Origin: Terriglobia bacterium
GTDB taxonomy: Bacteria > Acidobacteriota > Terriglobia > Bryobacterales > Bryobacteraceae
DNA length: 64,000 nucleotides
Direction: 5' to 3'
Assembly (NCBI GenBank): GCA_963831795.1
Contig: CAWHSB010000004.1
Coordinates: 161,022 to 225,021, forward strand
Shown: piece after piece, positions 56,678 through 64,000 of the stretch
How the letters are laid out: every line of letters begins with the position of its first letter
How positions within the stretch are numbered: the stretch's first letter is position 1
Notes under the pieces: generated by a model
The model's database searches: none
Told to the model about the DNA's origin: nothing
What the model saw: only the letters and a program-made list of their open reading frames with translations
Program-made: the position numbers and the translations under genes

Positions 56678-57256
56678 TCATGCGGGTGGCAGATCGACTT
56701 TCTCATAGACATCGGCCATCAGGAGATGTGCGTCCACCGATTCGAGAGTCAGAGACTCTTCCATCCGGCTCACTGAAGTGAGCAGCCAGCGCCCGTCCGC
56801 TTGTCTCGTATACAGGTCGCCATGGACTCGGTCAGTAGCGAGCAGTAGATACTCACGAACCGAATCCATAGTCTTGTAGTTTTCGAATTTGCGTCCGCGA
56901 TCATACGCCTCCGTTGAAGGCGAAAGCGCCTCGACCAGCAGAACGGGGTTCAGCAGCGTGTCCCGCTGGTCGTCGGCAAATTGCGGTTCTTCGCAGACGG
57001 CAACGACATCGGGATACGTATAGAGGCCAGTTGCATTGATCCGCACCCGCATCTCACTCTGATAGACGCGGCAGGATCGACCGCGAAACTGCTGCCGCAG
57101 TTCACCGAACGCATTTCCGACTACGAGGTTATGCGCCTCGCGGGCTCCCGCCATCGCGAACATTTCGCCGTCGTGGTATTCGCTCCTGAACTCGGCGGCG
57201 CGCTCGATTTCGAGATACTGCTCCGCGGTCAGCAGGGTCTTCGGTTGCGTCGACAT
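56678..57256 (-). CDS. Uma2-family (DUF820) putative endonuclease
   Basis: 192 aa: LLTAEQYLEIERAAEFRSEYHDGEMFAMAGAREAHNLVVGN... It is a paralogue of 1141..1713. Confidence 0.75.
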   Translation of the reverse strand: MSTQPKTLLTAEQYLEIERAAEFRSEYHDGEMFAMAGAREAHNLVVGNAFGELRQQFRGRSCRVYQSEMRVRINATGLYTYPDVVAVCEEPQFADDQRDTLLNPVLLVEALSPSTEAYDRGRKFENYKTMDSVREYLLLATDRVHGDLYTRQADGRWLLTSVSRMEESLTLESVDAHLLMADVYEKVDLPPA

Positions 57257-57275
57257 CAGGATGTTATTGAAAAGA

Positions 57276-57350
57276 TGGAGCGGGAGACGAGAATCGAACT
57301 CGCAACCAACAGCTTGGAAGGCTGTGACTCTACCATTGAGTTACTCCCGC
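57276..57350 (-). tRNA. tRNA-Gly (anticodon UCC)
   Basis: The reverse complement is GCGGGAGTAACTCAATGGTAGAGTCACAGCCTTCCAAGCTGTTGGTTGCGAGTTCGATTCTCGTCTCCCGCTCCA. The acceptor is GCGGGAG/CTCCCGC, the anticodon stem ACAGC/GCTGT has loop CT-TCC-AA, the T-loop is GTTCGATTC, and CCA is encoded. Confidence 0.92.
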
Positions 57351-57431
57351 GCTTGACGAGGCTTTCACGATTGTAGCAATCCGCCCCCTGTGCGTCCGCC
57401 AGGCATAAGGCCGGAAATACTTTAAATCGAC

Positions 57432-57911
57432 TTGCCGGCATGCGCATCATCACCTTTGGGCGATCTGGGAAACACTGAGGGAAAGCCGGCGGGCCCTTTG
57501 GAAACATCGCTAAAAGACCGGGGAACCGTTCTCGCCGAGGAGCGAACCGATCTTGCGGTCGAGCGGACGAGGATCGCGGCGGAAAGAACATTAATGGCGT
57601 GGATACGAACCGCCAATTCGATGATCGGATTCGGTTTCACGATCTACAAGTTCTTCCAGTACCTTCCCGAAGAAATTGCCGCCGGTAACATTCAGCGCCC
57701 CTACGCGCCGCGGAATCTGGGATTGACGCTCATTGCGCTGGGCACGCTGGCATTAGCCGCGGCGACGTGGCAGCACTGGAGTTTTCTGAAAACACTTGGA
57801 CCTTCGTCCCTGCGAAGCGTTTGGTCGATCTCCTTTGTGATCGCCATTTGTATCGTGCTCATTGGATGCATTACTTTTTATGGGGTGCTGCTCAAAAAGG
57901 GCCCATTTTAA
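57432..57911 (+). CDS. DUF202 (YidH-like) membrane protein
   Basis: ERTDLAVERTRIAAERTLMAWIRTANSMIGFGFTIYKF is the DUF202 signature, and three TM helices are present. The start codon is uncertain (TTG candidates). Confidence 0.7.
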   Translation: MPACASSPLGDLGNTEGKPAGPLETSLKDRGTVLAEERTDLAVERTRIAAERTLMAWIRTANSMIGFGFTIYKFFQYLPEEIAAGNIQRPYAPRNLGLTLIALGTLALAAATWQHWSFLKTLGPSSLRSVWSISFVIAICIVLIGCITFYGVLLKKGPF

Positions 57912-57940
57912 CAGCGAAGATCTTTCAGGAGAAATCTGAA

Positions 57941-58627
57941 ATGTACTTGCCAAGTTTTCCGAATGTCGACCTCTTCTCCGCCGGAATCAATGCCCTCAAC
58001 GGAGTGCTCGTCGCCCGCAATCCATCGCACAATCGCGGCTATGCCCTTGTGGGTCTGTTGATCATGGCCTTCTTTGGCGGTATCGGTGGCGGCGTCTCGC
58101 GCGACGTCCTTCTTGGCGACATTCCGTCGCCGCTCAAGGATCCGGTATATCCCTTCGTGTGCGTTGGCATGGGTTTGCTGGGGGTGGCGATCTATCGGTA
58201 CGCCGATTCGAAGGAGGAGTGGTTCCGCACCAGATTGCTGGCCTTCTTCAAGTCCTTCTCGCTTCCCTGGTTTGCGGTGCTCGGCGCACACAAGGCGCTG
58301 GAACACGGCATAGGGATCGTCGGCGCGGTCATCGTGGGTTTGATCGCGACCACCGCCGGCGGCGTGCTGATCGACGTTTTCTCCGGGGTGACGCCGGAAA
58401 TCGTCAGGCCGTCGGAACATCTCGTCACGACCGCGATCCTCGCGGCTACGGTTTATTCGCTGATCGCGGTGGCCTACAAGGGCTCGGGGTTCTTTCCCGT
58501 AACGCTGATCGCCGTGTCGGTTTCGTTCGTGTTTCGCGTCGTTGCTGTCCGGGAGCACTGGCAGCAGATCGTGCCGCTCGACGCGCCGGCCCAGGGTCCA
58601 AAGATCGGCCGAAGCGCGGCTGTGTAA
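57941..58627 (+). CDS. Trimeric intracellular cation channel-like (TRIC / UPF0126, YadS-type) membrane protein
   Basis: The start is set at ATG 57941 (MYLPSF..). Duplicated glycine-rich motifs are present: FFGGIGGGVSRDVLLGDIP and ATTAGGVLIDVFSGVTPEI. Confidence 0.7.
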   Translation: MYLPSFPNVDLFSAGINALNGVLVARNPSHNRGYALVGLLIMAFFGGIGGGVSRDVLLGDIPSPLKDPVYPFVCVGMGLLGVAIYRYADSKEEWFRTRLLAFFKSFSLPWFAVLGAHKALEHGIGIVGAVIVGLIATTAGGVLIDVFSGVTPEIVRPSEHLVTTAILAATVYSLIAVAYKGSGFFPVTLIAVSVSFVFRVVAVREHWQQIVPLDAPAQGPKIGRSAAV

Positions 58628-58644
58628 AGAAAGGATAAACACAA

Positions 58645-59058
58645 ATGGACGATATATGGACGCGAGTCGGACATAACCTGATCGACCGTGTCAGTGGTCC
58701 GATGAAATTCAGGCTGGTTCTTCAGCCGACCATGGCTGCGATTTTCGCAATTCGCTCGGGCCTGGCGGATGCCAGGCTTGGCAAATCACCGTATTTCTGG
58801 GGACTTCTCACGGATTCCGGCCAACGCGAGGCCATGGCAAAAGACGGGTGGAAGAGCGTCGGCAAGGTATTCATTCTCGCCATGGTGCTCGATGCCGTAT
58901 ACCAGCTGATCGAGGAACACTTTGTCTATCCAGGCGAAATGATCATCGTGGCGTTCATCCTGGCCATCGTGCCTTATCTGATTCTGCGCGGGCTGGTCAC
59001 GCGTGTGGCTCGAAGGTTTGAGGCGCGCCAAAAAGCCGTCAGCGCGGGTCGACCGTAA
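58645..59058 (+). CDS. Hypothetical membrane protein
   Basis: 137-aa ORF with three hydrophobic segments. It follows the DUF202 and TRIC-like genes on the same strand. I recognise no family. Confidence 0.45.
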   Translation: MDDIWTRVGHNLIDRVSGPMKFRLVLQPTMAAIFAIRSGLADARLGKSPYFWGLLTDSGQREAMAKDGWKSVGKVFILAMVLDAVYQLIEEHFVYPGEMIIVAFILAIVPYLILRGLVTRVARRFEARQKAVSAGRP

Positions 59059-59063
59059 TGGTG

Positions 59064-60839
59064 TCATTTGCGGCTGCGGATTTGTTTAAGATTGGCGCGG
59101 GCCGCGTCCAGTTTGGGATCGAGTGCCAGAGCCTTTTCGAACTCGGCGCCGGCATTCGAGTAATCGGCCTTCTGTGCGAATAGTTCCCCCATCAGGTTGT
59201 GCAGACCCGCATCCTTCGGATAGGCGGCAATGACCTTCCGCAAATTGTCCTCGGCGGCCTCAAGACGCCCAGCCCTCACGAGTGCGAAGACGAGGTTGTA
59301 ACGAGCATTGACATTCGCGGGATCGAGCTTTACCGCCGTTTGAAACTGCTCCATCGCCTCGCGCGAGCGGCCCACGCGTGTGAGCGCGGCTCCGAGAATG
59401 TTGTGTCCCTGAGATTGCGAGGGATCCACGCGCACCGCCGTCTCGATGGCCGAGAGAGCGCCCTGAGTATCGAGGCGCGAGAGCTTGAGCTCTCCGAGAT
59501 CGAGATACGAGACGTAATCGTCCGGATACTTCTCGACGCGGTGCTGCATTGCCGCTTCTTCCAGTTCGCGGCGGCGGTCGCCCGGTCCCCGCGGCAGCAG
59601 CTGCAGCCACAGGTGACCCATCTCGTCGGTCGCATTGTTGCCCGCCTTGACGCGGATCGGCGGGTTGTTGGGATTGCGCGGATTCGCCGCGGAGTTGTCG
59701 TAATGAAACCGCATCGAAATCACCGATCCTTCGGGCAGGAAGACCGGTTTGCGGTAACGGTAAACCGCCTGGCGGTTCAGATCCCAGTCGGGAATGCGGA
59801 TGAGCCACTGGCGTTTGCCGTCGGGCAGTGTAGCGTAGCCCTCGAGTAGTTTCCCCAGATAATGGGCGTGCGGGTAGACTGCCAGAACATCGGCGTCGAG
59901 CGGCAGGCGAAAATCGTCCGACACAAGAAAATCCTTGTTACCGGCGGGAATATTCAGAGCCCCGTCATGTTCGAGCTGGAGCAGAACCGGGAAGTGAGTC
60001 GGCGGCTTGTCCGTGAAGTAAAGACCGACAGAGGGCTGAACGAGCTCGGGCTTACCCGATGGCTGCATGTGCGTGTTGAGAACAAGGTCATTGCCGGGTT
60101 CGAGACGCCATGAGAAGCCGTCAGGTTCGGAGTAAGGCGCGCCGCCGGGTTTCCAGAAGAGGAAATGCCCGGGGGGATCGAAGATGCCGGACTTGATGTC
60201 GAGGTCCATGCCGGGAAAACCCGCGCCCGGAGTTTTTTCCGTCTTCCGGCCCGAGTTCAGGCGGTCGATGAGCAGGTTGGCGTGGTGCACGAGCCGTTTA
60301 TCGCCCGGCCGGATTTCGACGGCGCGAACGTAACGAGTGGAAGGAACGTTCGGGGAGAAGACGAAATTCCAGAAGATGTTGGGTCCGCCCGCGGGCAGCG
60401 CGAAGGGATGGGAAGCTTTGAGGACGAGATCGGGCGCGCCAAGCTGCCATCCGTCGGAGAACCTCGGCGGCGCCGGAGTCTGGGACGCATCGCCTTCTGG
60501 CATTCCGGCATTCACCCAATCGGCGATCTGCCTGATCTGGCTGTCGCTCAGGCGGAGTTCATCCACGAAGTCGCCGTAACCGGGCTCGGGCAGCCAGGGC
60601 GGCATGAAGCGCGTCTTCGTTACGAGCGCGATCTGCCGGGCGTGTTTGCGAACGTCATCGTAGCTCAGAAGGGAGAATGGCGCGGACTCCCCCGGGCGAT
60701 GGCAGGAAGAACAGTTGTTATAGATGATCGGGGCGATGTCACGCGCAAACGTAACAGCCGTTGAAGGTTGCGCTGCAACAGTTCCGAGCGTTGCAATCCC
60801 GAGCAGGACGCACGGGCGCAGTTGGGGTATCCCGCTCAA
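59064..60839 (-). CDS. Secreted heme c (CxxCH) / copper-monooxygenase-like / TPR multidomain protein
   Basis: 591 aa with a signal peptide. It has FARDIAPIIYNNCSSCHRPGESAPFSLLSYDDV (a planctomycete-type cytochrome c motif). The central beta-rich part has His/Met motifs (VHHANL, YPHAHYLGK, TDEMGH). The C-terminal ~170 aa are TPR repeats. Confidence 0.6.
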   Translation of the reverse strand: MSGIPQLRPCVLLGIATLGTVAAQPSTAVTFARDIAPIIYNNCSSCHRPGESAPFSLLSYDDVRKHARQIALVTKTRFMPPWLPEPGYGDFVDELRLSDSQIRQIADWVNAGMPEGDASQTPAPPRFSDGWQLGAPDLVLKASHPFALPAGGPNIFWNFVFSPNVPSTRYVRAVEIRPGDKRLVHHANLLIDRLNSGRKTEKTPGAGFPGMDLDIKSGIFDPPGHFLFWKPGGAPYSEPDGFSWRLEPGNDLVLNTHMQPSGKPELVQPSVGLYFTDKPPTHFPVLLQLEHDGALNIPAGNKDFLVSDDFRLPLDADVLAVYPHAHYLGKLLEGYATLPDGKRQWLIRIPDWDLNRQAVYRYRKPVFLPEGSVISMRFHYDNSAANPRNPNNPPIRVKAGNNATDEMGHLWLQLLPRGPGDRRRELEEAAMQHRVEKYPDDYVSYLDLGELKLSRLDTQGALSAIETAVRVDPSQSQGHNILGAALTRVGRSREAMEQFQTAVKLDPANVNARYNLVFALVRAGRLEAAEDNLRKVIAAYPKDAGLHNLMGELFAQKADYSNAGAEFEKALALDPKLDAARANLKQIRSRK

Positions 60840-60873
60840 TTTCTTCTTTATCTTAGCTGCACAAGACGGCGCG

Positions 60874-62451
60874 TCAGGCTTGGGGAAGAACGTCGTACGG
60901 CCGCATCATTTCGTTGTCTTCATGCTCCAGAAGATGACAATGCCAGACATAGCGGCCGGTAAATCCCTCGAATTTTACGATGATGCGCGTTACCGACAGA
61001 GGGTCGACCCGGATGGTGTCCTTCCATCCCGCTTCGCTCGGACCGGGTTTCGCGGCGGGGCCGGTGAAAACCACCTTGCCTGTGAGCTGATAGGCAGGCA
61101 GATCGAATGTGGTGCGGTCGAGAAGCTGGAAGCGCACGAGGTGAAGATGGATGGGGTGCGACTCGTCGGTCGGATTGATAAAACTCCAGATTTCAGTGGA
61201 ACCCAGGACAACTTTCTCGGTGACCGGGTCGGCCCATCGCGCGCCGTTGAGCAGCATTCTCTTCGATCTGCCCAGCCGGTCCTGGTAGTCGGACAGAGTC
61301 AGTTCGCGGGTCCTGACGGCGGCCGACTCAGGGATACCGGGCACAGGCCGCAGCGTGGCGGGAACTTGCGACGGGTCGTCAACTCGCGTATTGGACACGC
61401 GAAATTGCAGGATATTCGCGGCTTTGGTTCTCAGGTAAAGTTCCTTGCCGCGGCTGGAACTGAAGTCGATGATGACGTCGCCCCGCTCTCCCGGGCCGAG
61501 GATCAACGTTTCGGTTTGCGATGGCTCGGAGTGCAGCCCCTGATCGCCGCCAATCTGGAAAAACGGCATCGGGCGCGAAGTGAACGAGAGCTCCGGCGAG
61601 ACAGAAAACACATAAAAGCTGCTGTTCGATGCGTTTAAAATACGAAACCGATATCGACGTGGCTGCACGTTGAGGAACGGAAACAGTTTGCCGTTGACCA
61701 GAATTCCGCCGCCGTAATATTCGGAGACCCAGGGTTTTTCGGGATCGCCGGAAACCGGGTAGAAGATCTGGCCTTTCGATGTGAACGAACGGTCAACTAC
61801 GACCAGGGGCGCCTCGAATTCGCCGCCGGGCAGGTTCAGGCGATCCTCGAACTCATCGCGTATCAGGTAGAGGCCCACAAGACCGGCTGCCGTATTGAGC
61901 CGCGTAATGCCCATTGCGTGGTCGTGATAGAACAAGGCGGCGGCATCCTGCTGGTTCGGATAGTAATGAGACGCCGAACGGCCCGGCCCGATCCAGCTTT
62001 CGGGATAGCCGTCGCTCTCCGGCCCTACTCTTCCGCCGTGCAGATGCACGATGGCTCGTACCTCGGGCTTGTCGGATGAGGCTCCGTCGAGTGTACGATC
62101 GACCGTGAACAGATGCTTTGAGGGCAGGTTGTTCGTCCAGTCGACTCTGATCGGGCTGCCGCTTCTTACCTCGATGGTGGGGCCGGGGGACACGCCATCA
62201 TAGCCCCACATCGTAGTGGGCGGAAGGTCGCGGTGAACCTTCGCCTGAAACTGATGCATGTCAATGCGGTATTGAGCGGCGCCGCCCCCGGTGGATTGCA
62301 ACGGCGAAGCCCTGCGCGGAATCGGGAGCGGATCGACGAAGCGCGGCAGCGAACCGATGTCGAGCAGATCGTCATCTCCGCTTGCGGGCGGCGAGACAAA
62401 TCCCAGGGCGAGTGCAGTGCGGCGAAGGAACCTTCTTCTCGTAGAGTTCAC
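60874..62451 (-). CDS. Three-domain multicopper oxidase (CotA/bilirubin oxidase-like), Tat-exported
   Basis: 525 aa with twin-arginine signal STRRRFLRRTALALG. The Cu ligand motifs are HLHGG, HDHAMG, HPIHLHLV and HCHLLEHEDNEMM. Confidence 0.88.
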   Translation of the reverse strand: MNSTRRRFLRRTALALGFVSPPASGDDDLLDIGSLPRFVDPLPIPRRASPLQSTGGGAAQYRIDMHQFQAKVHRDLPPTTMWGYDGVSPGPTIEVRSGSPIRVDWTNNLPSKHLFTVDRTLDGASSDKPEVRAIVHLHGGRVGPESDGYPESWIGPGRSASHYYPNQQDAAALFYHDHAMGITRLNTAAGLVGLYLIRDEFEDRLNLPGGEFEAPLVVVDRSFTSKGQIFYPVSGDPEKPWVSEYYGGGILVNGKLFPFLNVQPRRYRFRILNASNSSFYVFSVSPELSFTSRPMPFFQIGGDQGLHSEPSQTETLILGPGERGDVIIDFSSSRGKELYLRTKAANILQFRVSNTRVDDPSQVPATLRPVPGIPESAAVRTRELTLSDYQDRLGRSKRMLLNGARWADPVTEKVVLGSTEIWSFINPTDESHPIHLHLVRFQLLDRTTFDLPAYQLTGKVVFTGPAAKPGPSEAGWKDTIRVDPLSVTRIIVKFEGFTGRYVWHCHLLEHEDNEMMRPYDVLPQA

Positions 62452-62639
62452 GGCGTGTAATTCGGATTTTACGGAATAGAGAGTGTTAATTTTCTGTTAC
62501 CAGGGAAAACCGATTCAATTCAGCGCGCGGCAGCACAATTGAAGTCCGATTTTCATCAGACGATAACACTTCGGCCACTATACTCGGCGTTGTGTTCCCC
62601 CGTTCCCGGCGGAGACACCACTACATCAGGAGAGACTTA

Positions 62640-64000
62640 ATGAGTTTCAATACTTTATTGAGAAGGCCGCCGGCGCTGTCGAAAAGCGCGCTGGCTGTTC
62701 GAACGGCGGCAATGTTCGCCGCAGTGACTCTCGTGCAAGTCGTATCGGCCCAGCAGGTAACGTATTTGCCCTACCTGCAATTAGGCGATAACGGGCCCTT
62801 CCGCCCGACCGACCGGATCGTCATCGCGTGGCAGACGAATGAGGCCACGCCGGGTACCGGCTATCAGGTTAATTTCGGAACCTCGACAAGTTACGGCGCC
62901 AGGGTGCAACCTTCCGGGCGAGTCGTGGATAATTATCTGACGGCTGATCCCACCTTACCTGTAAGTCCTTACACTTATGGGCCCCATACCAATTACACAG
63001 CCGTTCTGACGGGGCTAAGCTTCGATACCACTTATTACTACAGCGTAACTGGTCCGGGCCTTCCACAGTCCGGCTTTACCGCCTGGTTCCATACCCGCAA
63101 GAAGGGTTCCGTTTTTTCCTTTGCTGTGGAAGGTGATGAAGGGTACTTTCCGGCGGTTCCGAACTCAAACCCGGCGACGATCATCAATTATGAAGCCCGG
63201 ATCGCGCATCTGATTTATAACGCGGGAAACATTCCCGTGCAGGGGTCTTCTTCCCGGCCGCCCGCGGATCTGATCCTGAATACGGGAGACAACATTTACA
63301 ATCAGGGCTCCGAAGGCAATTACCGCGACTTCTTTTTCCCCGTTTTAAACAACGACACCGATTCGAACGAAACCGGCGCTCCAATCATACGCAACCTTCT
63401 GTACTTCGTGGTTGACGGCAATCACGACTTGGGAAGCACCGGCGTTTCGGCTAATCTGCTGGCCGACAACACGGCGCCGCCTTTCGCCGGAAATCTGGAT
63501 GGCGGCGATGCGCTGGCTTTCTACAACAATCTCTACTATCCGCTGAACGGACCCACCGGCTTCGACATTCAGAACACATGGAATGGCGACACTTCGACGC
63601 CCAATGGATTCTATCTGTCTTACATGAACCAGACGTACACTTCCCCCGCCGCCCTATCCGCTTTTCGCGCGTCCACGAACGTCAATACCGGCAAGGGAAC
63701 GAAGGCCCAGATCGACCACATGGGTAATTACTCCTTCGATTATGGGAACACGCATTTCCTTTATCTGGATGCAAATCCGCATCTGTTCAACGGCATCCTT
63801 CCCGGCGGAACCGTCGACACGACCGCGCCGCCCCAGTTTCCCGCCTATCCCACGGCTCTGGCGAACTGGGTCATCAACGACCTCGATACGACGAAGCAGC
63901 TCTGGAAGGTTGTCGTATTTCATCAGCCGTCCTTCTCATCCGGCGACGCTACTCTCCTGAACAGTCAAATGCGAGCCGTGGCGAAGATTCTCGAGGATCA
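62640..64000 (+). CDS. Secreted metallophosphoesterase (purple acid phosphatase-like), 3' end outside window
   Basis: Absent from the ORF track because it has no stop in the window. The ATG at 62640 follows AGGAGAG, and a signal peptide is present. An FN3-like N-domain (..YYYSVTG..) is followed by calcineurin-like motifs AVEGDEG, GDNIYNQG, VDGNHD and VVFHQPSFSSG. Confidence 0.75.
   Translation, partial: MSFNTLLRRPPALSKSALAVRTAAMFAAVTLVQVVSAQQVTYLPYLQLGDNGPFRPTDRIVIAWQTNEATPGTGYQVNFGTSTSYGARVQPSGRVVDNYLTADPTLPVSPYTYGPHTNYTAVLTGLSFDTTYYYSVTGPGLPQSGFTAWFHTRKKGSVFSFAVEGDEGYFPAVPNSNPATIINYEARIAHLIYNAGNIPVQGSSSRPPADLILNTGDNIYNQGSEGNYRDFFFPVLNNDTDSNETGAPIIRNLLYFVVDGNHDLGSTGVSANLLADNTAPPFAGNLDGGDALAFYNNLYYPLNGPTGFDIQNTWNGDTSTPNGFYLSYMNQTYTSPAALSAFRASTNVNTGKGTKAQIDHMGNYSFDYGNTHFLYLDANPHLFNGILPGGTVDTTAPPQFPAYPTALANWVINDLDTTKQLWKVVVFHQPSFSSGDATLLNSQMRAVAKILED

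Noticed and set aside
57353-57380. Promoter-like TTGACG-N16-AGCAAT upstream of the DUF202 gene.
   Set aside because: The -35 is good but the -10 matches only 3 of 6 positions. This is too weak to report without data.

Overview
High-GC chromosomal window that looks like Acidobacteriota, Solibacter/Bryobacterales-like. I infer this from TIGR03435-family gene remnants, an ADOP-type FtsX permease remnant, an Oar-like TonB receptor with a carboxypeptidase-regulatory domain, and a GloVer-repeat protein. All calls come from reading the translations and recalling family motifs; no searches were run. Intact housekeeping blocks are: moeA (partial); ftsY; ribE-larE; lysS-lolC/E-nth; thiE; sdhCAB; tilS-ftsH; a GltD-like/korA/korB operon; tRNA-Ser(GCU); and tRNA-Gly(UCC). 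These alternate with accessory or decaying zones. (1) 11.8-17.4 kb: a low-GC islet after tRNA-Ser, then two tandem ABC exporter genes and a permease remnant that are riddled with single-base frameshifts. ribD just downstream of ftsY also carries two frameshifts. (2) 32.1-40.5 kb: a frameshifted toxin-like gene with its partner, a DUF1214 pseudogene, a diverged partial copy of sdhB plus a 64-nt sdhA fragment, two TIGR03435 remnants, an IS630-family element, and directly after it a low-GC orphan gene. That gene encodes a TIR-like (Cap12/PycTIR-type) N-terminal domain fused to a C-terminal domain I cannot assign; it is my best candidate for a novel defence-type effector. (3) 49.2-51.5 kb: two diverged ~185-bp direct repeats bracket a hairpin-rich REP array and an orphan gene upstream of the kor operon. 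Other points of interest are an N-terminal cytochrome c-PQQ dehydrogenase fusion, a multicopper oxidase paired with a heme c/Cu-monooxygenase-like/TPR protein, and one dispersed REP-like repeat family seen at three loci. No CRISPR array, rRNA or integrase was seen.
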